Source: Candidatus Saccharimonadales bacterium
GTDB taxonomy: Bacteria; Patescibacteriota; Saccharimonadia; Saccharimonadales; DATKHC01
Reading direction: 5' to 3'
DNA: 64,000 nt
NCBI GenBank assembly: GCA_035510465.1
Contig: DATKHC010000021.1
Coordinates: 66,876 to 130,875 of the forward strand
Of the stretch, positions 34,178-41,352 are shown piece by piece. The first letter of the stretch is position 1, and each line of letters begins with the position of its first letter. The position numbers and the translations under genes were made by a program. A model generated the notes under the pieces. That model searched no databases and was not told the DNA's origin. It worked only from the letters and a program-made list of their open reading frames with translations.

Positions 34178-34681
34178 TTACGCAGAGGTGGGGAGATCAG
34201 AGAGAAAGCCTCGCTGAGGGGCAAATGCAAGTCCGTGCTGTTCTTGTTCTTGCAATCGCACCAGAGCAAGATCTAAATCTGTCCCCGTAAAGCCGAATTG
34301 ACCGTTTGGTGCGCCACCTTCGTTCACTTTGCCGGTGAGACCAACTTGAGCTTCTGAATAATCCAACGGGTTACCAGTTTTAGGATCAACCTTAAAAAGG
34401 TTAACACTCTTTTCCAGATTGCCTGGTCGAACATTAAAAGCGAAAGGTAGCTCGGCTGAAGCAGCAGCTCTAATACCATCTGCAGTTGCTTTGAAACGAG
34501 CGGACATCTCATCGTCCGGATTAGCAGAAAGACGTTCCCAGGACCCAGCTTCGGCTTCTAACGCATCTAGATAATACCTAACGAGGCCAGTTTCCAGTAC
34601 AAGACGAGTATTTTCGTCAAGAACGGAAACCTGATCTTCGGTTAATACTTCTTTTGAACTGTTGCCGGATGTCTCTGACAT
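34178..34681 (-). CDS. Hypothetical ~167-aa protein (cassette)
   Basis: The minus-strand promoter TTGACT-18-TACAAT (34720-34691) abuts the tracked ATG (34690). The ATG at 34681, 9 nt after the -10, is therefore the likelier, leaderless start. Confidence 0.5.
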   Translation of the reverse strand: MSETSGNSSKEVLTEDQVSVLDENTRLVLETGLVRYYLDALEAEAGSWERLSANPDDEMSARFKATADGIRAAASAELPFAFNVRPGNLEKSVNLFKVDPKTGNPLDYSEAQVGLTGKVNEGGAPNGQFGFTGTDLDLALVRLQEQEQHGLAFAPQRGFLSDLPTSA

Positions 34682-34690
34682 AATAGTCAT

Positions 34691-34720
34691 ATTGTAACAT
34701 AATTAGTATACTATAGTCAA
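34691..34720 (-). promoter_or_regulatory. Promoter of cassette 34178..34681 (leaderless geometry)
   Basis: On the minus strand: TTGACT, 18-nt spacer, (TGt)TACAAT; second ATG 9 nt downstream. Confidence 0.6.
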
Positions 34721-34731
34721 ACAAAGGGTGA

Positions 34732-34776
34732 GGGATTCGAACTGAGGTGAGCATAAATGTTCTCAGAGGTGAAATT
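34732..34776 (+). repeat. Second repeat family (alternative left module), copy C
   Basis: GGGATTCGAACTGAGGTGAGCATAAATGTTCTCAGAGGTGAAATT. Confidence 0.6.
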
Positions 34777-34806
34777 TTGGCTGGGAATTGAAGTTGAGTT
34801 CCGTAC
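34777..34806 (+). repeat. Array repeat copy, right core with alternative left module
   Basis: TTGGCTGGGAATTGAAGTTGAGTTCCGTAC. Confidence 0.9.
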
Positions 34807-34834
34807 GCTTGGAAGCCAACGATCATTTCTATAT

Positions 34835-35413
34835 CTAATTGGGTGAAAGTTCTTCCTGAGGTCTAGGTTCAGGAATTCCAAACCTTTCTCTCAGGCTCAA
34901 CAATCTAGCATCAAAGGCTTCTTCCAAATCAAAGTCATATTGCTCAGATTGTAGAAATGCACTATGGGTTAACATGTTGGAGGCACCAGCTATTGAAGAT
35001 GGTCTATCTTTTAATGACTGGTCCCGTGTGCTGGCATGCTCCAGATCGTGCAAATTTGAGGCTATATGGCCCATTCCGACTACAAAAGCCGCTAAATGCA
35101 TAGGAACATCTCCTAGTCTATCTGCTGTAGTTCTCATTAATAAATCGCCGCCAGTTGTTGTTCTTCCCTCGGGAATACCTAGTCCAGCCCAGCGCGTCAA
35201 TCGTAAGGCATAATGTATGGAGTCAGGAGCAATAGCTCCCCTAACTGTCTCTGGATCAGTGAAATCTTTTCTTATTAGATCTTTTACTAGATGTTTTAGG
35301 ACGTGTCCGGCATTAGCTTCAAACCCATTTGGTTCTTGTTCCCATCCTTCTTGAGTAACATCATAAACGTATAACTTATCGCATAGGACTTCTAGTTGTG
35401 GCACCGTTAACAT
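34835..35413 (-). CDS. Hypothetical 192-aa protein (cassette)
   Basis: ORF directly behind minus-strand TTGTGA-17-TAAGAT (35448-35420), with 6 nt to the ATG. Confidence 0.5.
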   Translation of the reverse strand: MLTVPQLEVLCDKLYVYDVTQEGWEQEPNGFEANAGHVLKHLVKDLIRKDFTDPETVRGAIAPDSIHYALRLTRWAGLGIPEGRTTTGGDLLMRTTADRLGDVPMHLAAFVVGMGHIASNLHDLEHASTRDQSLKDRPSSIAGASNMLTHSAFLQSEQYDFDLEEAFDARLLSLRERFGIPEPRPQEELSPN

Positions 35414-35419
35414 ATTCTT

Positions 35420-35448
35420 ATCTTAATTTAAGTTAATATCTATCACAA
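35420..35448 (-). promoter_or_regulatory. Promoter of cassette 34835..35413 (leaderless geometry)
   Basis: On the minus strand: TTGTGA, 17-nt spacer, TAAGAT; ATG 6 nt downstream. Confidence 0.5.
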
Positions 35449-35457
35449 GCATAACCA

Positions 35458-35484
35458 CTTTGGCTGGGGTTTGGAGATTCGAAT
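35458..35484 (+). repeat. Terminal degenerate array repeat copy
   Basis: CTTTGGCTGGGGTTTGGAGATTCGAAT; only the left half is conserved. It lies 37 nt from the stop of the LysM-CHAP core gene. Confidence 0.5.
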
Positions 35485-35520
35485 ATCATTCTCTCCTATT
35501 AGTGCGAAGTATTTGTGTAG

Positions 35521-36660
35521 TTAGTATATGTACTTATAGCTTGCTGCTTCGGAGGCTGAAAGTGTACGAGTATCCTCTACGGCCCAACCAACGCGGTTCA
35601 TTTCAGAGATTACTATACTCCCGTCGGGGTTAACGCTTTCAACAAAGCCTACATGATTAGCGTCATAGCCAAACCATATGACTGCATGTGTTTGCGGCGT
35701 TGAGCCAGTCGGAATACCGGCTGCCTGCGCAAGTTCATACCAAGAATAGGCGTTACCAAGGTTAGATGGAACAGGTTCACCAACCTGAGCCCTACGCTGA
35801 GCCGCCCACCAAGTACAGTATCCGTAATCGTAACCATTGTAGCCATAAATCGGTCCATAACCGAAAGAGTAGGCGCTACTAGAATAATAGGACGATGACG
35901 CCAAGGAAGCACTCTGTTCGGTACCAGCAGGTATAACGATTTGCTCACCGACTTGTAAACCAGAAATCTCAGCATCGTTAAATGAAGTTATCTGTGACGC
36001 ATCGGCGTTATAAGTACTAGCTAGTGAAGCAGCCGTATCACCTGCTTTGACTGTATAAACTATGCCATTAATCGGAGGGATATAAATACTAAGTCCAGCG
36101 GTTACGTTACCGTTAGCCAAGCTATTTGACCAAATGATGCTGTTTGAAGTTACGCCAAATTTAACGGCCAACGAAGCCAGTGTATCACCGGGTTGCACGA
36201 CATACTTAACTATATCCTGACGTGATTTTAGAGCGGTTGCGATAACTTCTGGCTTACTGACTACTAAGCTATTGTTCGACGCCACCTGTGTCTGGGCATT
36301 GTCACTGTCAGCTAAGTTAGCGACTGACGTAGCTTCATATATGCCAGTCATCCGCGCAACCTGGACCGCAATATCTGCAGTAGAAAGCTGATCCAGAGGA
36401 TTGATGGTTGAGCTTGGGCTTTCCCCTTGGGCATTCATAGCCACAGATTCAGCCGCCAGTTGATTATTACCGCTGGAGTGAATAACAATACCTAAAATTG
36501 CCATGACTAACACTAGAGAGCCGGCTAAAACAGAACGTCTGACAAGTTTAACCTGAAGACGTTGTTTGAGTTTACTGCTAAAAATCTTCTTATTAGCTTT
36601 AACTGTTTCTAGTTTAAGCTTTGTGCTAACTATATTTTCAGCAGCCTTCATAACAAACAA
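35521..36660 (-). CDS. Secreted peptidoglycan hydrolase: 2x LysM plus C-terminal CHAP/NlpC-P60-like amidase
   Basis: YVVQPGDTLASLAVKFGV and YTVKAGDTAASLASTYN are LysM motifs. The C-terminus YGYCTWWAAQRR...HVGFVESV carries the CHAP Cys/His. N-terminal TM anchor. Confidence 0.85.
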   Translation of the reverse strand: MFVMKAAENIVSTKLKLETVKANKKIFSSKLKQRLQVKLVRRSVLAGSLVLVMAILGIVIHSSGNNQLAAESVAMNAQGESPSSTINPLDQLSTADIAVQVARMTGIYEATSVANLADSDNAQTQVASNNSLVVSKPEVIATALKSRQDIVKYVVQPGDTLASLAVKFGVTSNSIIWSNSLANGNVTAGLSIYIPPINGIVYTVKAGDTAASLASTYNADASQITSFNDAEISGLQVGEQIVIPAGTEQSASLASSSYYSSSAYSFGYGPIYGYNGYDYGYCTWWAAQRRAQVGEPVPSNLGNAYSWYELAQAAGIPTGSTPQTHAVIWFGYDANHVGFVESVNPDGSIVISEMNRVGWAVEDTRTLSASEAASYKYIY

Positions 36661-36840
36661 CTCCCAAACAGACTGCCACCAAGTGACTGAGTACAGTCAT
36701 ACAAACTGTTTAAAATTCTAAGCATATAATTGGCAACTTGCACTAATCTGTTATTTTGGGTACTTAGCACACAAATTGCTAGATTAAATCTATCACGATA
36801 GAGCTTTAAAAACAACTGTTTTTGGCTACTTTCATATCTG

Positions 36841-37908
36841 TTATTGACTTGACGAACAAGCCTTCTGGCAATAGGCCTGGACCTGTTGGTCATGTTGGGT
36901 TAAGGTTTGAGCGTAGTAAGTTACACCATTGTCGCCAGTTACAAAGTATAAATAGCTGGTCGAAGCTGGGTTAGCCACGGCATTGAGATCATCACTCGTT
37001 ACATTACTAATCGGTCCCGGTGGAAGCCCGGTATGTAGTAGTGTGTTATAGGGAGAATCATAGCTCAGGGATGGTTTTTGATTATTTATGATTGAGCCAT
37101 AGTAAGCAGTTACATCCGAGCCAAGATTCATGCCAGCTCTCAAGCGAGATAAGAATACTTGGGCTACAACTGGCTTGTCAGAGGGTTTATTGACCTCTTG
37201 TTCTACGATCGAAGCTAGAGTGACTGCTTGTATTACAGACAGCCCTTGCTTCCCAAAAGCGTTGGTTATCTGGGGAGTTAACTGATCCTGCATTTCTTCC
37301 AGAGACTGATCAATAATATTCGTAACTTTGGTGTCGGTATTCTTCTGGAATGAATTAGGGTAGAGGAAACCCTCTAAAGTCGCGCCTTGAGGGAGGCCTG
37401 CAAGCATCGGGAATTGAGATACATATTGAGCTGGATTAAGTGCTGCCTTAACACTAGTTTCGCTAAAACCATCGTTGATTAATGCTTGCTGTATTTGATC
37501 TATCCTCTGACCTGGGAGTATTACCACGGCGTTGACTGCCTCCCCCTGGGTTAGCACCGTTACAATCTGTTGGATGGTTTGGTTTGACCGAAGATTATAG
37601 GTTCCTGCCTGCAGATTATTTATGGCATTGGAGTCGTTTCTGACATACCACTCAAAAGCCCAGCTAGACCGAATAATGCCATCGTTTTGAAGTTCATCCG
37701 ATATTGACTTCAAACTACTTCCAGAAGGTACGGTAATCAGATGTGATTGTTGAGAATTATTAAGGGGTTTGAGTCTTTCTAGATAAATATGCCTTATGTA
37801 GATAGTTACAGCAAACAAAATGGCCATCAGCAATATCACTACATAAAAGAAGTATCTGATTCGTCGCTTTTTTGTGCCTCTAGCTGAATAATGTGTGACT
37901 TTAGCCAT
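36841..37908 (-). CDS. mltG: Endolytic murein transglycosylase MltG (YceG-like)
   Basis: N-terminal TM, then GTYNLRSNQT...EGFLYPNSF...ASIVEQE...VFLSRL...L.SD.T..Y...YNT, the YceG family pattern. Confidence 0.85.
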   Translation of the reverse strand: MAKVTHYSARGTKKRRIRYFFYVVILLMAILFAVTIYIRHIYLERLKPLNNSQQSHLITVPSGSSLKSISDELQNDGIIRSSWAFEWYVRNDSNAINNLQAGTYNLRSNQTIQQIVTVLTQGEAVNAVVILPGQRIDQIQQALINDGFSETSVKAALNPAQYVSQFPMLAGLPQGATLEGFLYPNSFQKNTDTKVTNIIDQSLEEMQDQLTPQITNAFGKQGLSVIQAVTLASIVEQEVNKPSDKPVVAQVFLSRLRAGMNLGSDVTAYYGSIINNQKPSLSYDSPYNTLLHTGLPPGPISNVTSDDLNAVANPASTSYLYFVTGDNGVTYYAQTLTQHDQQVQAYCQKACSSSQ

Positions 37909-37909
37909 T

Positions 37910-38329
37910 TTAAAAAACCTCTGGGTGGTTATTTATAAAATCTTCTAGTATGTGAGAGGCTGCTTGGGCATCTATGTCAGCCTTTGAATAATCTTTTTTG
38001 AGCGCACTAAGCGTTTCCTCAGCCCTAACAGACGAATACGATTCGTCCTCCAAGTATACAGGTAGATCAATTTGGCTCTCTAATTCTGATATAAATAAGT
38101 GTGTTTTAGCCGTCTGATCCGTATCCTGACCAGATAGTCCTTGGGGCAAGCCAATAACAAGAAACGAAGCTCCCTCATCTTCTATTAACGCCCTCAGCTC
38201 CTTAAAAAAAGTGTCTGATCTGTTTAGTGTTTTTATAGGCCTGGCCAGCTTTGCTTCGCTGCTCGCTTTTGCTATGCCCACCCTTTTTTCACCAACGTCT
38301 AGCGCAATGATATTAAAGGGTACTGCCAT
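37910..38329 (-). CDS. ruvX: Putative pre-16S rRNA nuclease / Holliday-junction-resolvase-like YqgF
   Basis: IIALDVGEKRVGIA...VIGLP...SGQDTDQT...DESYSSV is the YqgF pattern. Confidence 0.85.
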   Translation of the reverse strand: MAVPFNIIALDVGEKRVGIAKASSEAKLARPIKTLNRSDTFFKELRALIEDEGASFLVIGLPQGLSGQDTDQTAKTHLFISELESQIDLPVYLEDESYSSVRAEETLSALKKDYSKADIDAQAASHILEDFINNHPEVF

Positions 38330-40019
38330 TTGCTTTTTCTATTGTTATCTTCACCTTATTAACGTTATTAGGAGTCGAAGATACCCAGAATGGGCTGAAG
38401 TGAACCGAAACGCTCGTAACTCCGGGATCAGATTGAATTAAACTTTGGATGTCTCCGCTCTTTTTCCCAAGAACCTGAGACTTTAGTTGGTTTACGTTAA
38501 AGTTTGGGCCAACAGTGGCAGTATCGCTCATGGCTAAAGTATTTGTTGTAGACGTTGAAGATTGAGCACTGTAGGTTGCTGTGGACAAACCATTATTTAG
38601 AATGGATTGTTTGGTTGGATCTATTTGGGTATTGATAGCACTATCAACCAGGGTCTGTAGATAGCTTTGTTGAACACCGTACATCGTAAAAACTATGCTC
38701 TCGCTGATGGTAACGCTACTGACCTGCGCTCCAGCCTCAGCGCTTGGCGTATATGTAGGAGTACCGGCTGAGAACGTCGTGGTAATTGGATCAAGCCCTT
38801 GTTGTTTCAGTGACTGTTCAAGTTGCTGCTGAATCGTGGTAGAACTTGGGGCAGTTAACTGAGTCTGGGCGTTGGTCAAATCCTGCGGCGCTACTACCTG
38901 AACCACACTACTGGTGCCGCCGCTCATGGCAGACGTTGATTGCATTGAATAGATTCCTTCAAGATTAGAATCTGTGCTGCTAAAAGACGTCGGCTGGATA
39001 TTGTAGTTACTGCCATCTTCAGTTGCAGCCACGGGAACATTTGCGGTTGTCCAGTTGTTTTGCTTACACGAACCGAGAAACTTTACGCCACTTATTGTCT
39101 CAGCAGAGGTACTAGCATAGCTGTATGTACCACTAGAGTCAGTAAATACGTCCCCTGCTGGTATCGTGTAGGAAGAGGGGTTATTGCATTCGTTTGTTAC
39201 CACTATTGTGCCAGTGGCAGGCGTCCCAATGGTTTTTTGTCCGGTGGTTGTTACGGAAGCGGAAGTTGATGTTTTAGTCATTGTTTCAATTTTTGCTGGG
39301 ACTATATCGTTTGTGGGGTCCAGAGTCTTGGCCGCAGAACTGAGAGTCAAGGTTAAGTTTGCGTTATATGATTGTGTCTTAGTTTTAATTGTGATTGTGG
39401 CTCCGGGTAATACCTTATTAGCCCAAATAAAACCTACAATTAGAAGTATTAGAATTACCGCTCCAAGAATCAGCCAAAGACGAAATTTTTCGAAGTTAGG
39501 AATTTTAATTTTCTTGTTACCTGGTAGTTTATATTTCTTTTCTTTTAACTTGTCTAGCTTGCTTTCTTTGGGTTCGTCACCCCCAACCTCAATAGGATCT
39601 TCTTCTGATCCTGCTGCCTCGGCAGCTCCGGAAACTGCTGTCATGCCCGCTAATTCACCAATGGACTTATTGACATCAGGCTTTTCCTCATCCCCAGATT
39701 TATCCGTAATTTTAATGGGTTTGTCATCAACTATTGGAGCATCTGGAACATCCGGCGTAGATTGCAGAGTTTTAGCAACATGTAACTTGACCGCCCCGGC
39801 CATAGGCAAGATTGATTCATCAGAAGTTATCAAAACGACATTCTTTTTATTACGATCAGCGGATCGTTTAAGTAACTTCATATTAACGATGCTTTGAAAA
39901 ACAGTTGCTCGTTTGGGTAGCACCAAGGCTACGATTTTAGACTTTGAAGAAGTTACCTTATCAATTATCGAGGTGATCTCATCCTCAATATCTACATATA
40001 CGACTTCTTTGCCCTTCAT
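38313..40019 (-). CDS. Bitopic membrane protein of unknown function (568 aa), translationally coupled to the ftsA-like gene
   Basis: ~180-aa cytoplasmic N-domain, one TM (LWLILGAVILILLIVGFIW), and a large S/T-rich extracytoplasmic domain. Its start overlaps the upstream gene stop by 4 nt. Confidence 0.6.
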   Translation of the reverse strand: MKGKEVVYVDIEDEITSIIDKVTSSKSKIVALVLPKRATVFQSIVNMKLLKRSADRNKKNVVLITSDESILPMAGAVKLHVAKTLQSTPDVPDAPIVDDKPIKITDKSGDEEKPDVNKSIGELAGMTAVSGAAEAAGSEEDPIEVGGDEPKESKLDKLKEKKYKLPGNKKIKIPNFEKFRLWLILGAVILILLIVGFIWANKVLPGATITIKTKTQSYNANLTLTLSSAAKTLDPTNDIVPAKIETMTKTSTSASVTTTGQKTIGTPATGTIVVTNECNNPSSYTIPAGDVFTDSSGTYSYASTSAETISGVKFLGSCKQNNWTTANVPVAATEDGSNYNIQPTSFSSTDSNLEGIYSMQSTSAMSGGTSSVVQVVAPQDLTNAQTQLTAPSSTTIQQQLEQSLKQQGLDPITTTFSAGTPTYTPSAEAGAQVSSVTISESIVFTMYGVQQSYLQTLVDSAINTQIDPTKQSILNNGLSTATYSAQSSTSTTNTLAMSDTATVGPNFNVNQLKSQVLGKKSGDIQSLIQSDPGVTSVSVHFSPFWVSSTPNNVNKVKITIEKANGSTL

Positions 40020-41335
40020 GTTTTGAGCATCCTGTCTAGTTTCTGGCGAATAGAACCAGCTTGGGCAGTTGTATCTTGTTGATAGAGTGTGTCCATACCA
40101 ACACGAAGCAGCCCCATAGCCGTAATTAGTGTGTGGTCAGTCACCTGGCCTGTCTTATCGACAATGCCAACAACTTGTTCCGGTTTAATGTGCTGAACTT
40201 TAGGACGCTTAGTAAATGGTAGGTCACGGTACCAGTTAGTCTTCTCTAATCTATCGAGTAACATTCCCAGACTTGATCCACCGCCGCAGAGCAACATTAG
40301 GTTTGGCAAGTGATCGAGTTTATCAAATTCGCCTAGAGCTAGCTCAACTCCGCTTTCCCAGACATCGGTTGTTTTTGAGAGCGCTGTGTCTATAGCTTTG
40401 AGGGACTGCTTAGATACACGCCCATCACTCAGCCCCAGTTTTAGTCTTTCGGCCTCAGTAAAGTCAACTTCCATTTGTCGTTCGATTGCCTTCGTGAAGG
40501 CTCGTCCACCAATACCAAACATCTTTGTACCCTGCACTCCGCCCTCGTTGATTACGGCAAGATCTGTGGTACCACCACCTACATCCATTAAAATTGCAGA
40601 GATTGTGGCATTCGGGTCATCACCAATAACTGAGCGTGCAACTGCAAAAGGCTCGGCCGCTACAGCCAGTAAATCTAAGTCTAGTTCCTGAGCTGTGCGC
40701 TCAAGCGCCCCGATATGGATTAATGGAGCGAAGGCAGTGTAGAGTTGCACTAGGACTTCCTTACCCTGAAATCCGACTGGGTTTGTTACCCGATAACCAT
40801 CAATATCTATGCTTACGAGAGCACTGTTCACTAGACGTATTTCTACTGCTTTACCACCAAGTTCCCAACTAAGTTCTTTTTTTGCCTTCTCCTCAGCACG
40901 ATTTTGAACTAAGTTAATGATCTGCTCTATCTCGGGAATATCTAGAGGTTTGTTTGGGTCTTTGCGGTTGCATCTAATACTGGTTGTAGTGCCCTTGACT
41001 AGCTCACCAGCAATACCAATAACGGCGGTTCTGGCAGATACTCCAGCTTGTTGCTCGGCCAGATTCAAGGCCTTATCACAGTTAGCAACTACAGCTGCGA
41101 TGTCAGAGATTGCTCCGGCTTGCATGTCGGCAAGCTCTTGATGGATTCGTCCTACCCCGACTATCTCTAGTTGGCTGTCAGTAATTTTAGCTATTAGGGC
41201 TTTAACGAACTCAGTACCGATATCTAGTCCCACTAGATACTCGTCTTTTTTCTTTGATCCCGATTTGGGGACTGAGAACTTGCCGGATAAACTTTTCAAC
41301 TTTTCAAGCATAATCGTCTTTCTAGTGTAGCACAA
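40016..41335 (-). CDS. ftsA: Actin-like ATPase, FtsA-like (cell division) protein
   Basis: VGLDIGTEFVKALIA, VIGIAGE, DVGGGTTDLAV and LCGGGS are the ASKHA/FtsA phosphate and adenosine motifs. The real start is probably the internal MLEKLK. Confidence 0.65.
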   Translation of the reverse strand: MCYTRKTIMLEKLKSLSGKFSVPKSGSKKKDEYLVGLDIGTEFVKALIAKITDSQLEIVGVGRIHQELADMQAGAISDIAAVVANCDKALNLAEQQAGVSARTAVIGIAGELVKGTTTSIRCNRKDPNKPLDIPEIEQIINLVQNRAEEKAKKELSWELGGKAVEIRLVNSALVSIDIDGYRVTNPVGFQGKEVLVQLYTAFAPLIHIGALERTAQELDLDLLAVAAEPFAVARSVIGDDPNATISAILMDVGGGTTDLAVINEGGVQGTKMFGIGGRAFTKAIERQMEVDFTEAERLKLGLSDGRVSKQSLKAIDTALSKTTDVWESGVELALGEFDKLDHLPNLMLLCGGGSSLGMLLDRLEKTNWYRDLPFTKRPKVQHIKPEQVVGIVDKTGQVTDHTLITAMGLLRVGMDTLYQQDTTAQAGSIRQKLDRMLKT

Positions 41336-41352
41336 AAACAGATACGGAAGGC

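Noticed and set aside
15909-35484. Could the regularly spaced direct repeats be a CRISPR array?
   Set aside because: The spacers are 400-4000 bp and contain full genes with promoters. The repeats are imperfect, with indels and alternative halves. No cas genes or leader are present. The resemblance is geometric only.
15909-35484. A classical integron or CALIN (attC array)
   Set aside because: GTTGAGT inside the repeat fits the attC R' consensus GTTRRRY, but I find no inverse core (RYYYAAC) or L'/L'' pairing partner upstream. The conserved unit (~39 nt) is shorter than known attC sites, and no IntI-like tyrosine recombinase lies in or next to the array. I kept it as 'integron-like', not integron.
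36648-36893. 81-aa ORF between mltG and the LysM-CHAP gene
   Set aside because: It overlaps both neighbours, has no RBS or promoter logic, and has unremarkable composition. The 180-bp gap is more simply the promoter region of the LysM-CHAP gene.
39184-39897. A 237-aa plus-strand ORF, and similar antisense ORFs (9358..9645, 10122..10370, 12198..12491, 12861..13265, 40386..40691, 57048..57386, 62330..63025)
   Set aside because: Each lies entirely inside a well-supported gene on the opposite strand (membrane protein, uvrA, sbcB, obg, ftsA-like, cysteine desulfurase, Kelch). These are typical shadow frames.
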